In this document: one piece after another, positions 11,247 to 25,374 of the stretch | How the letters are laid out: every line of letters begins with the position of its first letter | Position numbering within the stretch: position 1 is the stretch's first letter | Origin: Octopus vulgaris | Taxonomy: Eukaryota | Length of the DNA: 64,000 nt | Direction of reading: 5' to 3' | Assembly: GCA_951406725.2 (NCBI GenBank) | Contig: OX597814.1 | Coordinates: forward strand, 14,756,001 to 14,820,000 | Notes under the pieces: generated by a model | Told to the model about the DNA's origin: nothing | The model's database searches: none | Seen by the model: the letters and a program-made list of their open reading frames with translations, nothing else | Program-made: the position numbers and the translations under genes

Positions 11247-12362
11247 TTGTGTGTCTGTATTTGTCCCCCTAGCATTGCTTGACAACTGATGCTGGTGTGT
11301 TTACGTCCCCGTCACTTAGCGGTTCGGCAAAAAAGAGACCGATAGAATAAGTACTGGGCTTACAAAGAATAAGTACTGGGGTTGATTTGCGCGACTAAAG
11401 GCGGTGCTCCAGCATGGCCACAGTCAAATGACTGAAACAAGTAAAAGAGTAAAAGAGAGTATGTGATTTGATGCATTATCATCCTGAAATATTGTGTATC
11501 AGTCCGAAACAGTCTCGCAACCATAGGATGAATTTGATCAGATAAAATGCTTAAATAGCCTTGAAGGGAAACAATTGGGGTGGTGGATTTCCAAGATATA
11601 CCCCCGCCCCATATCATCACAGATCCTTCTCCATGTTTAAAAGTTGGAAGAATGCAGTCTGGGTCAAATGCTTCTTTTCCTGTCTGCAACCGTATTCTCG
11701 GCCGGTGGTCGGAAATAAAGTAAGGAATGACTCGGCCGATAAAATAATATACTTCCACTACTCTAGAGACCTATTCTGTATGTTTTTACTCCACTCTAAA
11801 CGCTTTGCAAAATTTGTTTTTTAAAGTAGTGGTCTCCTGATTGCAGCCATCCCGTGAAATCAGGCATTATGCAGCTCCCGGCGAACTATTTTTGTGGAAC
11901 CTGGGTTCTCGAGGTGGTCATTAAGCTCTGAAGTAATTTTGGAAGCTGTACTTTTGTGATCCTTTCTAACAATTAGCGTTAGTGTCCGACGGCCCCTATC
12001 TCAAAGTTTTGGTTTTCTTCCGGAATTTTGTTTCGCCGAGGAGGTTTCTCCCTCATTCTCTAATGCTCTAATTTCTTCCGAGACTGATCGTCATACACCA
12101 AACATTTTGGTTGTTTTCTTTACGCTAGCGGCTTCTATATGAGCAGCAACAATTTGATCTATTTGAAGGTCCGATAGATCTGTCATTTTAATGAATTTTA
12201 ATTACATTTTCTGATTGATAACTGAAAAGAAAGAGCAATTTTAGCAAAACATATTAAGAAACACTAATAATAAATAAAAAAAAATAAACAAGCTTTTGAC
12301 GGTTATATAGTTTTTTTCAAAGTTATGATGCTATGTGTTTCCATCATTTTGTCAAACCTCTG
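10711..12362 (-). mobile_element. Decayed Tc1-family DNA transposon
   Basis: TA-flanked TIRs (CAGGGGTTGGACAAAA...TTTTGTCAAACCTCTG). Transposase remnants PTFKHGEGSVMIWG and WSPQSPDL. A SINE is nested inside. Confidence 0.88.
11027..11460 (+). mobile_element. tRNA-derived SINE, family A (GGAGTGGCTGTGTGGTAAG head, internal TA/TG microsatellite)
   Basis: A/B-box-like head and (GTAAAAGA) tail. Further copies at about 28738-29148, 42755-43130 (-), 48085-48540 (-), 55628-56050, 61030-61495 and 61498-61920. Confidence 0.88.
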
Positions 12363-12429
<67 letters not shown>

Positions 12430-12459
12430 ATGTCTGTCTATCTATCTATTTATGTATGA

Positions 12460-12492
<33 letters not shown>

Positions 12493-12700
12493 TGTATGTA
12501 TGTGTCTATCTATCTATATATATATATATATATATCTGTCTATCTATTTATGTATGAATGTATGTATGTATGTATGTATGTATGTATGTATGTATGTATG
12601 TATCTATCTATGTGTCTGTCTGTCTATCTATCTATTTATGTATGAATGTATGTATGTATGTATGTATGTATGTATGTATGTATGTATGTATGTATGTATG

Positions 12701-12763
<63 letters not shown>

Positions 12764-12764
12764 A

Positions 12765-14700
12765 GACCATCGCTACTTGAGGCTGTTCTTAGAGCGGCTG
12801 GTTTCGATCCAGTTTTCCGTGGTTGGATCGTTGCCTTATATAGAGTTATCCTCTCGGTATTTCGCGTAAATTGTCATCTGTCCAGAACATCTAACATCAT
12901 GCGTTCGGTTCTTCTAGGACGCCCCTCTCTTCGCTTGTGTACGTATTGACTTACGAGCCGCCACTGCGGAAGCTGGTGACGCCGAGGGGCATCTCGCGAG
13001 AGCTGGGATGCGGGAGGAGTGTGTCTGCATACGCGGACAATGTCACCGTCATAGTGCTGATACATAGGTATGACGACTTGGTCGACGAGACCCTAAAAGA
13101 ATACAGCGGTAACAGGAGCAAAAATTAACCGGGAAAAGTCAGTTGGCTTGCGGCTAGGTACCTGGAGAAGCAATCCCATGCCGTCCAAAAACGTCTCCAT
13201 CGTGGTACACCGGACCGATGGACCGGTTGAATTGCTCGGTGTCTGGTTTGGTACAGAAATGTAAATGGAGAAAAAAACTGCGGCGAGATAACGAGTAGAG
13301 TTGCCACTCTCAGCCAGCAATGGGCCGAGAGTAAACTATCCCTAAAAAGTCGGGCGGAGGTGGCGAACGCGTAGATCGCATCCGTCATCGACTACCGTTT
13401 GACCGTTGTACCTTGTTCTGACCCTACCATTACCAAACTGGAACACATACTCTTCCACTTTTTTGTGGAAGGGAAGCGTTCCGATGGTTAGGCGATCAAT
13501 TTGCTGTCAACACCCGCTAAATGGAGGGCTGGGCATGCCGTGGTTGATGATGCGCTGACATGCGCTGAGACTGCGACATCTCCGGCGCTTCATAGGCGAC
13601 GGTGAACAGGTCTGGTCGCCTTTTGTGCGGCGCGCTTTCCCGCAGCTCGTCTCCTTGGCCGAACTGCAGTCATGGATCAAGCAGAGACCGAGGCTGGCGA
13701 ATGGCACCGCGAGTGTCGCGTTGCTCTCAAGCAACTCTGCCGTCGGGGATCGAACTTGTGCGACTCCATCACAACAAAGGCATTCTATAGAAGATTAGTG
13801 GAGGGGAGGTGCGACGACGATCTCGGGCAGAGTCTGTGCGTCGACGAGGAACACCTGACCCGCCTGTTCAGGACAACTTTCGGGCCGGGACCTATGGACA
13901 ATCACCAAAGATCCCTAGCCTGGCAGTGCTATCGAGAAGCATTACCTGTTCGGGATAAGCTCTACAGACACGGTTCTAGACACACTGGACCGACTTACCC
14001 GAGATGCGGTCAGAGCAACGAAACTGTTCTGCACGCACTCGTGCAATGTCCAACCATTTCAGACCTGTGGGCTTATGCCGAACGGCTGCTGTCACGTGTG
14101 GGACGAGACCGCCTATCGGCCGAGTGTGTCATAGAAATCGCTCCACCCCCTTCCCTCAACCGGGAAGGCAAGGCAGTTTTCATCGTACTGGTGGCCATGG
14201 TGAAAGAATGTGTGTGGTGGACCCGAGCGAAAGGATTAGAGACAAACATTTACCTCTCTGGCCAATCGCTCATCAACTTTTTCAAGTACCACTTGAAAAG
14301 GAAGGTGAGAATGGAGAGGGAAGTTTTGTCTCGCGAAAGATTAAAAAAAAAGATGGGTGAATGTAGCAAAGATGGTGCGTGCGAGTGACGAAACCTTTTT
14401 GAGCATGACCCTGTAAATCATAAAATAGAGAGAGAGAGCATTTTGCTCTCATGTGGTTCCCGTGGTCTTTTCTGTAAGCTTTTCTTCCCATGGATGAACC
14501 CAATCTTGTTTTATTAATTTTTTTTTTTTTAATGTTTCTGTGATACACGATTCCTTTTTTTTTTTTTCCTCCTCTCGATCCATTTTGATCGAAATCTTAC
14601 ATTTATTTTCCTTTTTTTTCCACCCTCGAAAAGAAAAGCTCTACATTTGTATTTGTTCCCTCTGTATTCAACCCTGTGTGGCTAATAAAAGAAAGTTATC
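12765..14700 (+). mobile_element. 5'-truncated L1/Tx1-clade LINE (RT with C-terminal zinc-binding region)
   Basis: SAYADN RT motif, GGLGMP, LPVRDKL...PRCG..ETVLHALVQC. It has stops and frameshifts, and ends in AATAAA followed by (ATCT)n. Confidence 0.85.
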
Positions 14701-14727
14701 CATCTATCTAACTATTTACCGACCTAT

Positions 14728-14795
<68 letters not shown>

Positions 14796-14812
14796 TTATC
14801 TATCAATCTATC

Positions 14813-14843
<31 letters not shown>

Positions 14844-15051
14844 AGGTAGTCTCGAAAGTGACAAAGAGCTCTAAGAAACACCTCTATCGCTAGAGATGAG
14901 CGTCCATCAACTCAATAGCCACGGACGGACAAGGATGGGAAACATACAATTACTCAGTTTCGTTAAAGGCATGAAACTGGGTGTTAGTATTTTTGGTCGA
15001 TAAATGAAGAAGGATTAGTGTCCTTGTGTCTTATCCTACGTATAATTTTTG

Positions 15052-15116
<65 letters not shown>

Positions 15117-15837
15117 CATGTACGGTAGCGCGTGCCCGCGTGCCTTTGTGTGTAATCGTATATACGATGGTGTTCGGGCAGCTTCCATGTACCAGCTTGT
15201 ATCAAAATACATGATTGAAAATATAAAATGTAATGCGTAAGGAAACCAGAAGAGTGTGCATTTCAATCTATCCCTACGATCGTTTTAAAGGATGCTGCCT
15301 CACATTCTTAATATATATTCCATTAAGGAAATCCTACGGCAACACATTTTCATCATGGCCGCAGCCTTCGGGCTAAAACATTTTTAAGGATTTAAGGGGA
15401 AAACTTCTCAATTCTGGGGGTTTTTTTGTATTTATACTCGTGTATTTTTTAATATTTCTATTTATATTAATCAGCTCCATTGCTTTAAATTCTTGATCGC
15501 TCTTATTATACATGAATTCATTCCATATTTGTCTTCATTCGACTTCACTCATATTACCCTTTTATGTTAACCACATTTTATTCGCGTATATGTGTATATT
15601 TTATATTGTTCGGTTTTGCCATTGGATGTCCTATTATTTTAATATATATTTATATTCAATTTTGATACTTTGGAAATAATATAAAGTTGTTTTGACCGAC
15701 TGGAGTTTTATATACATTATACCTTTCAATTAATTTCTTCATTCGCCTCGGTGACACCTGAGCACTTCCAGCTGCTGTCCTATTTTTATTTTTGCGCTAC
15801 GGTTTAACGAAGCTATAAAATTCCCCTCTTATATATA

Positions 15838-18649
15838 TGTAATCGATGCCTGTTATGGTGAGATGTCTGGTATGCTAGTGTAATAGTATAACACAGTTCG
15901 TAAAGCATGCAAGTTAAAGAAAGTTAATGTCGGCATGCGTACGTATCTACATGATCTCATACTAGTATAATATAGAGAGATATGGTAATGTTACAGAGAA
16001 AAGAAAGTGAGTTAGTGAAAGTGATAATGCTGTGGCAGAACAAGTGCTTCGTTGATGAGTTACTATAGTTGTTCCTTTGTACCTTTCCCTTCAGAGACGG
16101 CATTCTGTTCAGCCGGTCAGCCAAACTCGGTTCTCACTAACTGAGTTTGGCTTACGGAGTTCTTGTTTTTATAACTATCCCAAACCAGCCAGAAGGAGAG
16201 ACATACTGTTGAGGAAAATAGATTTCGTTGGTGATCTGTTATCTCTATTCTAGCTTTTGATTGCCTACAAGAGTTTGAAGGGTCAAGAGTCAAAGACATT
16301 ATTTTGCTTTGTGGAGGCATCTGGCTATCAGTGACAGTAACTGCTATCAGTGACAGAAACACTATAGTTTTACCGCGAGAAAATTGCTGTTGAACTTTTA
16401 AGTGAAATTTGGCGTTCGAAGTTCGAATCCACGCTAGGCCTGCATGAAACCACTACATCACTCCCCCTCCAGAGAGGTTCCGACAAAAAGAAACGAATCG
16501 AACAAGAGAAAGAAATGCATGGTTAAGGAAAATGATGCATATATGGAGATGGGGATCATTGGCGTGTACTCGGTATATTTATTCAAATGAATCGGAATAG
16601 CGGTGACGCTTTGCGTGTCAGAATGTGCAGTTAGTGACTGGGCAGTACGGAAGATCAGTTTGCTCGTGCCTGTGGGTGAGGGAGTATACATGAGCGGATG
16701 TTCACCTGTGAAATTTCACTGTGAAATAAGCCCAGGTGAGCTAGTCAGTGTATTCTTAATCTATGAGAACGTAGATCTTCTTGCAGGATTGTAATGTATG
16801 AAAAGCCTTGAAGTTTTTTCAGAAGTGAAATCTGTCTGGTGCTGTTGTCGTGGATAATTGCTGAAGTTCGTAAGAACGACAGTGTAGCATGCTGGAGTAA
16901 ATCGCGAGACAGGTAAATTTCTCCATTCGTTACGTGAGCAAACATTGGTCAAACAGAGGGAAATTATGTCTAAACAGCATTTGAACATCCGACGTGCATC
17001 GAGTCGGGAAAAGAGTTGAGATTGCACAGGCGTGTTGAAAAGCAACGCAGTAGAGGCATAGTAGAGTTGCGTATGTGTGTGCAAATGGGTGCTCAATGAT
17101 GAGACAGTAAAGCTAGTTCATTGATTACAAATGCAATTTACAGTGTTGAATATGCCAGTGATTGAGGGCAGTGCTGAATATGACAGCCAGTGCATGAGGT
17201 ATTAAATGCTTTGAACGTGCAGGAGCAAAAGTGTGGCATGCTGGCTCGTTGTGAGGGACAAACAACTTTCTCTATGTATACGACACCGACCTAGGGTCTC
17301 TTTCTATACGTGACCGATCTAGAGTTGTGTCTACAAGGGTTCACGGAGCATGAAAAACAAACGAGAAAGGCATGGTGTGGTATGGTGCATAAACGTGACA
17401 GCGTTAGCATGCAGGTAGATGTATGAACGTTGTGCGATGCAGCAAAAGAAATGAACGGTACAGAAATGAGTGAAGAAAAGGTGGCAAACTTAGTTGAAAA
17501 TAGTGTCCTTTGTTGAAAGTCTACTGCTGAAAGTGCAAAAAGATGTGCATGCAAAGAAAAAGACTTACTGAGATTCTATATGAGAGTCTTATATACGTGC
17601 AAAAGTTCGTAGACAACGCAGGGTCTGTACGTTGGGACGAGACGAAAAGCGTGTGTGTGCCGAAAAGTTTTATTGTGTGGGCTTCTGTATTTTCTTCCAA
17701 TTGGTTTCTGGAGATGTAACTGTCAAAATTATGTATTTATTGGCTTCCATGGTGAGCGAATTCTTTGTGCGTCGGCTGTGTTGCATAATTGTGAAGTGCA
17801 TCGTAGATTGCATCGCAACATAGTGTTTTCTGTTACGATTACTGTAACAGGTGGAACAGGATTACAAATTGGTGGTGACAAAGGTTGTCATTCGTTTCCT
17901 CTGGTTTAGCGCCTGTTGGTATGAAGACCATAGTTGTTTAGTTCGAATTCAGCAAAATGCTGCGGCATGTAGCATTAGAAAGTAACAATTGTTTTTAGAG
18001 GAGGACACCAGCGTAATAGATGGATGGGACATTTCATGCAAAGGTTGCAATTCTTTAATCGGGATCACCAATGTAATCGATGCCTATTATGATAGAACGT
18101 CTACTAAGCTAGTGAAATAGTATAACACAGTTTGTAAAGCATGCAAGTTAAAGAAAGTAATTTCGGCATGAGTACGTGTTTACATGATCTCATTGTAGCA
18201 TATAGGGCGATACGGTAATGTTAAAGAGAAAAGAAAGTAAGTTAGTAAAAGCGAGAGTAGCGGGGTGGAAAAAGTGCTTCGTTGGTGAGTTACCATAGTT
18301 GTCCCTTTGTACCTTTTCCTTCAGAGACGGCATTATGTTCAGCTGGTCAGCCAGACTCGGTTCTCACTAACTGAGTTTGACTTACGGAGTTCTTGTTTTT
18401 ATAACTATCCAAGACCAGCCAGAAGGACAGACATTGTTGAGAACAGTAGATTTCGATCGCGGTCCGTTATTTCTATTCTAGCTTTTGGTGGCCTAGAAGA
18501 GCTTAGAAGGTTCAAATGGCAAAGAAATTATACTGCTTAGTAAATGCATCTGGCAAATGTAATTGCTGTCACTAAAAGAAAAATTATAGCGTGAGAAAAG
18601 TGGTGTTAACCTGTTAAAGGAAATTTGCCTACATGAAGCCATCACCACA
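15838..18649 (-). mobile_element. Decayed LTR retrotransposon (LTRs 15838-16457 and 18072-18649)
   Basis: TG...CA direct repeats with a TATA TSD. PBS TGGTGATCCCGAT (18058-18070) resembles the tRNA-Trp PBS, and the PPT GGAGGGGGAGTGA abuts the 3' LTR. No intact ORF. Confidence 0.85.
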
Positions 18650-18823
18650 TATATTTACATACAATAAAGAAATAACATATATTTACATACTTACATAATA
18701 CATACATACACACACACACATATACATATATAATATAGATATATGTATATCGATGTATACATATATTATATATATATATATATTTATTTATATGTATATA
18801 TATATATATAATTACACACACAC

Positions 18824-18866
<43 letters not shown>

Positions 18867-18913
18867 TATGTGCAGAGAGATAGATATAGCTAGATAGATA
18901 GACAGACAGTCAT

Positions 18914-18962
<49 letters not shown>

Positions 18963-18974
18963 TAGATAGATATG

Positions 18975-20025
18975 TTTCTTTATTAGCCACACAGGGCTGC
19001 ACACAGACAGGACAAATTACAAGGTAGAGCTTTTCTTTTGGGGGTTTGGTTTTCGATCAAAAGGGATCGTAAAAGGAAAGAAAGAGGACAAAAGAAAAAG
19101 GGGGGAATAAATTTTTTTAAAAAAAGGGAAAAGAAAAAAAATTATCAATAGGGATCGTTATCACAGAAATGTCAATATAAAGTGTAAAGGGGAGGACAGG
19201 TGAGATTTAACCGTGGAAAGAAAAGCCTACGGAAAAGACCACGGTAACTTCGGTCAATGAAGTCACATGTTATATTTTTTTACAAATAAGCAACTCTCTG
19301 TATTAATTTTTACGTTTCATAGGATCATAGTCAAGGTGGCTTCGTCATTCATACGTGCCATCCTTGCTACATTCACCCATCTTTTTTTAAAACATTCGCT
19401 AGACAAAACTTGCCTCTCTACTCTCACTTCAAGTATCACTTGAAGAAGTTGATGAGAGATTGACCAGAGAGGAAAGTGTTTGTCTCTAATCCTTTCAGAC
19501 GCGTCCACCAGATACATTCTTTCGCCATAGCCACAAGTATGATAAAAATAGCTCTTCCTTCCCGTTTGAAGGAAGGACGCGCGACGATATTAACGATAGA
19601 CTCGGCTGATAAACCGACACGTCCCACACGTAACAGCAGTCGTTCGACATAAGCCCACAGGTCGGAGATTGTTGGACTCTGGACGACTGCGTGAAGAACG
19701 GTTTCGTCGCTCTGCCCGCATCTCGGGCAGGTCGGCCCCGTGTTTCTCGAGCTGTGTCTGTAGAGCTTATCCCGAACGGGTAGCGCTTCTCGGTAGCACT
19801 GCCAGGCCAGGGATCTCTGGAAGTTGTCCATGGGCCGTGGCCCGAAAGTCGTCCCGAACAAGTGGGTCAGGTACTCCTCGTCGACGTCCAGGTTCGCCCA
19901 GAGCTCGTCGTCGTACCTCCCCTCCACTAATCCCCTATAGAATGCATTGGTTGTGATGAAGTCACTCAAGGTCGACCAAGGACGGCAAAGTTGCTTGAGA
20001 GCAACGCGACACTTGCGGTGCCAGC
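18975..20025 (-). mobile_element. L1/Tx1-clade LINE 3' fragment
   Basis: ORF 19436-19969 is homologous to 13672-14388 (CPRCGQSDETVLH). Confidence 0.85.
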
Positions 20026-20429
20026 TAGCTAGCTAGCTAGATAGATAGATAGACAGACAGATAGATATCTGTAGTAGACAATATAAACTAGATAATGCAT
20101 TAAAAATAGAACGAGAAAGTACATAAGGCAACGTATTTTACATTTAACTTCCTACTTACTATGACTACTACGTTCGCACCTTTATCCTTCCCACACCCAC
20201 GCTTTGTGATAACCGAGAAGTAAACAAACAATAAAAGGAAATATAAGTTATGTTATTGTTAGTTTTACACCTCTTCTCTTTACGAAAAAAAATTTAGTAT
20301 TCTTCTGATAAATGATAAATTCCTAACGAATTATGTATATAATAATATATTATTCATACAAACGTTGAATTTCCTCCAAATACATTTTCTTTACCGGAAG
20401 AATTTTTTTTTTCTACCAGATAAGTTTTA

Positions 20430-20870
20430 TGTCACATGGTGATCTCGCCAAGTCAAACGTACATTTGCTGGCTCATCACAGTCGAGAAGGAGAATGTATT
20501 CATAATCAAGGACAGCCTTGATATAAATATTGTGTATTTGTCGTGATATGAAGGGTGTCGTCTATCATGACGTGCTTAACCTCAAAGAAACAAAACAATT
20601 AAAGCGGAGACGTATAGATTGTGATTCTGTAATCAATAATAAGGAGGTCAGATTTTATGGATTAATTAATTACATTCAGACGGAAGAAGGCTTTTCTGCA
20701 TTCCCCTCTTGTTATACCACGGGGAATTCCATCCAAATATACAGAATTTCCAGTCAAATATACAAGAAGACGCCTCGAATAAAGGGCAAACGGAAAAGAT
20801 GACATATTAATACTGAAAGACGATACTTCCATAATTACGAAGGTAAGAACAACCAAAGTAATTTTGCAAA
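20430..20870 (+). pseudogene. Old mariner transposase remnant shared by all units (also about 41930-42330 and 60810-60985)
   Basis: DMKGVVYHELLSNHETIIAETY resembles the mariner WWDxKGVxYxELL segment. Confidence 0.55.
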
Positions 20871-21020
20871 TCTAATATATATTATGTGTATATTTTAATA
20901 TTTTCTGAAAGTCTTAACGTACTTGTTGTATTAATGTATGTCATGAATGCAAGATAGTTATATAATTTTTGTTTTTACTTTAAAATATATTGTTTACTAC
21001 ATATATATATAAATATATAT

Positions 21021-21059
<39 letters not shown>

Positions 21060-21109
21060 ATTTTTGTTTTTACTTTAAAATATATTGTTTACTACATATA
21101 TATATATAA

Positions 21110-21148
<39 letters not shown>

Positions 21149-21151
<3 letters not shown>

Positions 21152-21277
21152 GGTGTCCCCCCAAAAATGTAAACACATAGTGGTTCGGCAAAAGAGAACG
21201 ATAGAATAAGTACTAGGCTTACAAAGAATGACAAATTTACAATTATTTAAGGTGTGTATACATTTTTTGGGGACACC

Positions 21278-21280
<3 letters not shown>
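21149..21280. mobile_element. Tc1/mariner-type MITE with an internal SINE fragment
   Basis: TIRs CAGGGTGTCCCC..AAAAATGTA and TACATTTTTTGGGGACACCCTG within a (TA)n run. Confidence 0.8.
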
Positions 21281-21324
<44 letters not shown>

Positions 21325-21342
21325 GTGTGTGTGTGTGTATAC

Positions 21343-21391
<49 letters not shown>

Positions 21392-21394
21392 CAG

Positions 21395-21700
21395 TCTCCT
21401 TGCTTAAGTTGGTGAAAACTGTCAAAGTCCTTGCCTTAGGTTCATCTTTGGTGTTAGAAAGAGTTTTGTTGGTCGCTCGCTCAAATGCGCCCCACACTTA
21501 ATAATCAAGAATGTTTCAGTATGAGGAGTTAGGTGTCCAGACGTTAGGGGTGGTGTCATCGCAGAAATTGTCTCACAGCCATGACTGGGTTCTTCTTCTT
21601 GTGTGGCATGGTGCAGAGTCCTGTTACCAGATATGGTCATTTCCAGTAGCTACCATCTTGATCCAGTGCAGCACTGACTCCTCCATGCACCTAATCTAAG
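21395..21700 (-). mobile_element. Tc1/mariner-superfamily transposase fragment
   Basis: The minus-strand frame reads WTPNSSY*NILDY*VWGAFE, resembling WPPxSPDLNPLDYxxW. Confidence 0.55.
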
Positions 21701-21783
21701 CTTACAAGTCGAATAAAATATAAAGAAATCGTATGCACGATTTTAAAATATAAAATGGCCCCAATTTACCCATCGGAAGCTAA

Positions 21784-21821
<38 letters not shown>

Positions 21822-21914
21822 GAGAAAGAAGCAACAAGAATGGATTAGTTTTTAGTACAATTGTTTCATACAAAGACAGGCTTTATTACAAGTACTTGAA
21901 TCTTAATTGCTTTG

Positions 21915-21954
<40 letters not shown>

Positions 21955-21986
21955 CATACATATATATGTATATATATGAATATATA

Positions 21987-22081
<95 letters not shown>

Positions 22082-22115
22082 GTATATATATGTATGTATG
22101 TATGTATGTATATAC

Positions 22116-22180
<65 letters not shown>

Positions 22181-22629
22181 TGTCTGTTAATTATCTATTA
22201 CTCTGTATTTGTAAACTGTTAACATATGAATTCATATCAACATGATTAAAATAGTTTTTTATTACATGTTCTTCAACCTGGGATGATACAAAGACAAAAA
22301 AAAAAGACATTAATAACAACAATCATAATACTTTCTACTGGAAGAACAAGTCCTCAAATTTGGAGTAGGGGATAAAGACGATTAACATCGACCCCAGTTC
22401 GTAACTGGTACTAATTTTATCGACCTCCGAAACGATGAAAGGGAAAGTCGACTTTGGCGGAATTTGATCGTAGAATGTAGCGACGAGTTGAAATACAGCA
22501 ACACATTTCATCCAGGGTGCTAACGATTCTTTCAGGTCACCGCCTGAATTACAACAACAACAACCACTACAACAACAGCAGCAGCGACAGCAACAACAAC
22601 AGCAATAACAACAAAATCCACAACAACAA

Positions 22630-22940
22630 ATGTAAACTAACATTATAAAAGGAGCATTAATTTTGATAAAAAGCCTAAATACTGAAACAATTGCTATTAT
22701 AAAAGGTATGATAAAAAGCATTCAGACAAATACATAACAAAAAACACCAGGCTTTACAATTATAAATAGCATAAGGAAAACAGCACTGCTAGACACCGCA
22801 CACATCCTACGTAAACTACTTTTCATACAGGGAAAATAAGATCACCTCTACAAACCACAGCACATACGCAAGGTACACAGAGCTTTAATCGCTAGTGAAG
22901 TGAAAGCGCGTGATAAAATTAAGACTACTGAATAATTATA
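22630..22940 (+). mobile_element. 3' end of an RLE-type (R4/Dong-like) LINE
   Basis: IRKTALLDTAHILRKLL-type C-terminus, next to (CAA/TAA) repeats. Confidence 0.55.
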
Positions 22941-23061
22941 ACTAGCACAATATCCCGTCTTTGCTTGGGATTAAGTTAGGATTATTAAGCTAATCAAGTT
23001 CTTTATTTCAAACCAAACTAAGTAACATGGACGTCAAATTTAGGCGAAATCTGTTAAAATT

Positions 23062-23112
<51 letters not shown>

Positions 23113-23116
<4 letters not shown>

Positions 23117-23930
23117 TCATCATTGTTCGACCGTGGTCGAGACAATGGAATTTACCATGCTACGCCAGACTTCACGGTCCATCATGGCATTACGGAGGTC
23201 CTGTTGCTGGATGTCTGTATCCCTGGAGATTACATCAGGGTAGGAGAGTGTGCGCCCTCTGGTATTGCGAGTAGATGGCTTCCAGAGGAGAAGAGTAGAA
23301 ATTACTTCTTTTTCAGCTCTACAACAATGTCCAGCAAACTGGACTCTCCTACCTTTCACAAGAGATGACACAGGTGGTAGTTTCCCATATATTTGCATTT
23401 TGGTTGGATGGCGCTTCCACGAGAGATTTTGAGCTCTCATAAGGAGGCGAGTGTAGGTTCCATCCAACCGCCTCTCAAGCTTCTTTGATAACGTCCAGGT
23501 TTCTGAGCCATATAGTAGAATTGGTTCGACTGTGGCTTTGAATATTTCAAGTGCTACGTATGTCAGTTGATACCATCTCTGGCAAAGGCTTTGAAATAAA
23601 ACCAAGAAGAAGTTCCAGACACCCAGCTGAGTACTTGACAGACACTGACTTTGCTGACGACATCGCTCTTATTAGTGATTCTCTCTCCAATGCCCAGTCT
23701 CTTTTACAATCTCTTGAACAAGCCTCAAATTGTGTAGGTCTTTACCTCAATGAGGCCAAAACTGAATACATAAACAAGTGCCTGTCCAACAGTGATTGCA
23801 TCATCCATACTCTCAACAACGCGCCCTTAAATATGGTTTCTGATTATAAATATCTTGGAAAAGACTTTTTGGAAAAGACTTTCTAACTAGAAAGAGTATG
23901 GCCTGGTCAGCCTGTAATGACATAAGTAGA
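23113..23930 (-). mobile_element. RTE-clade LINE fragment with a 5' inversion
   Basis: The minus part reads ILLYGSETWTL and has an (ATG)n tail. The plus part (about 23555-23930) carries the upstream RT motif DFADDIAL. Confidence 0.8.
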
Positions 23931-24026
23931 GACTTCAAATAAATATATATATAAGGGCAACACACACTCATACATACACATATGTACGTACACCTATTGC
24001 ATACGTCTTTTGTACGCATACATGTT

Positions 24027-24063
<37 letters not shown>

Positions 24064-24360
24064 GTGAGTGTTGCCCGTAGATCGACAAAACACTTTTTTC
24101 CTCGATGGAGAAAAATAAAACAACAAAAGTCTTTAACAAAACTTACTCGTCGCTAGAAGTGGACTTAACTCCTATTTGCAAACAATGGTGATTTCTCCAA
24201 CTTGAAAATTGTTAAAAATTTTGGTTGGAAAATTATTTTTACTGCTATTCGCTGGTGCGTCTAGGAAAAATAAGTTGACGAAAATACAGCTAGGATCATA
24301 CCGAATGTCCTCCTAAAATTGGAGCGACGTGCGTGCTAATTTATATTCACGGCGTGCATA

Positions 24361-24968
<608 letters not shown>

Positions 24969-25374
24969 TTGTGACGCACATACGGTTGTGATGCATGTGC
25001 CTCATGTCTCCTTATCAGAAGTGTAGTCATGACGGGTGTATTAGGCTTCGAATATTTCACCCAGTGTCACTCTGATGGAATTCACTGCTCTCTCACTCAA
25101 TAATAATAATCTTTTCTACTAAATTCCCACGGCCTGGATTTTGTGGGGTGTGATCAGCCAATCACATCAACACCAGTACTTAACTGGAATTTGACACATC
25201 GACCCCGAAAGAATAACCGGCAAAATTGGCATCAGCGGAATCAAAATATTAGGTCGTCAAGCATGAAATATGTAGAAAAGAAAAAAATTTGCAATTGTTC
25301 TATAAATGCAAAGATAGATTTATTCATCAAAGTATGCACCTATATTGTGAATGCACCTTTGCCATTTCAGCGGT

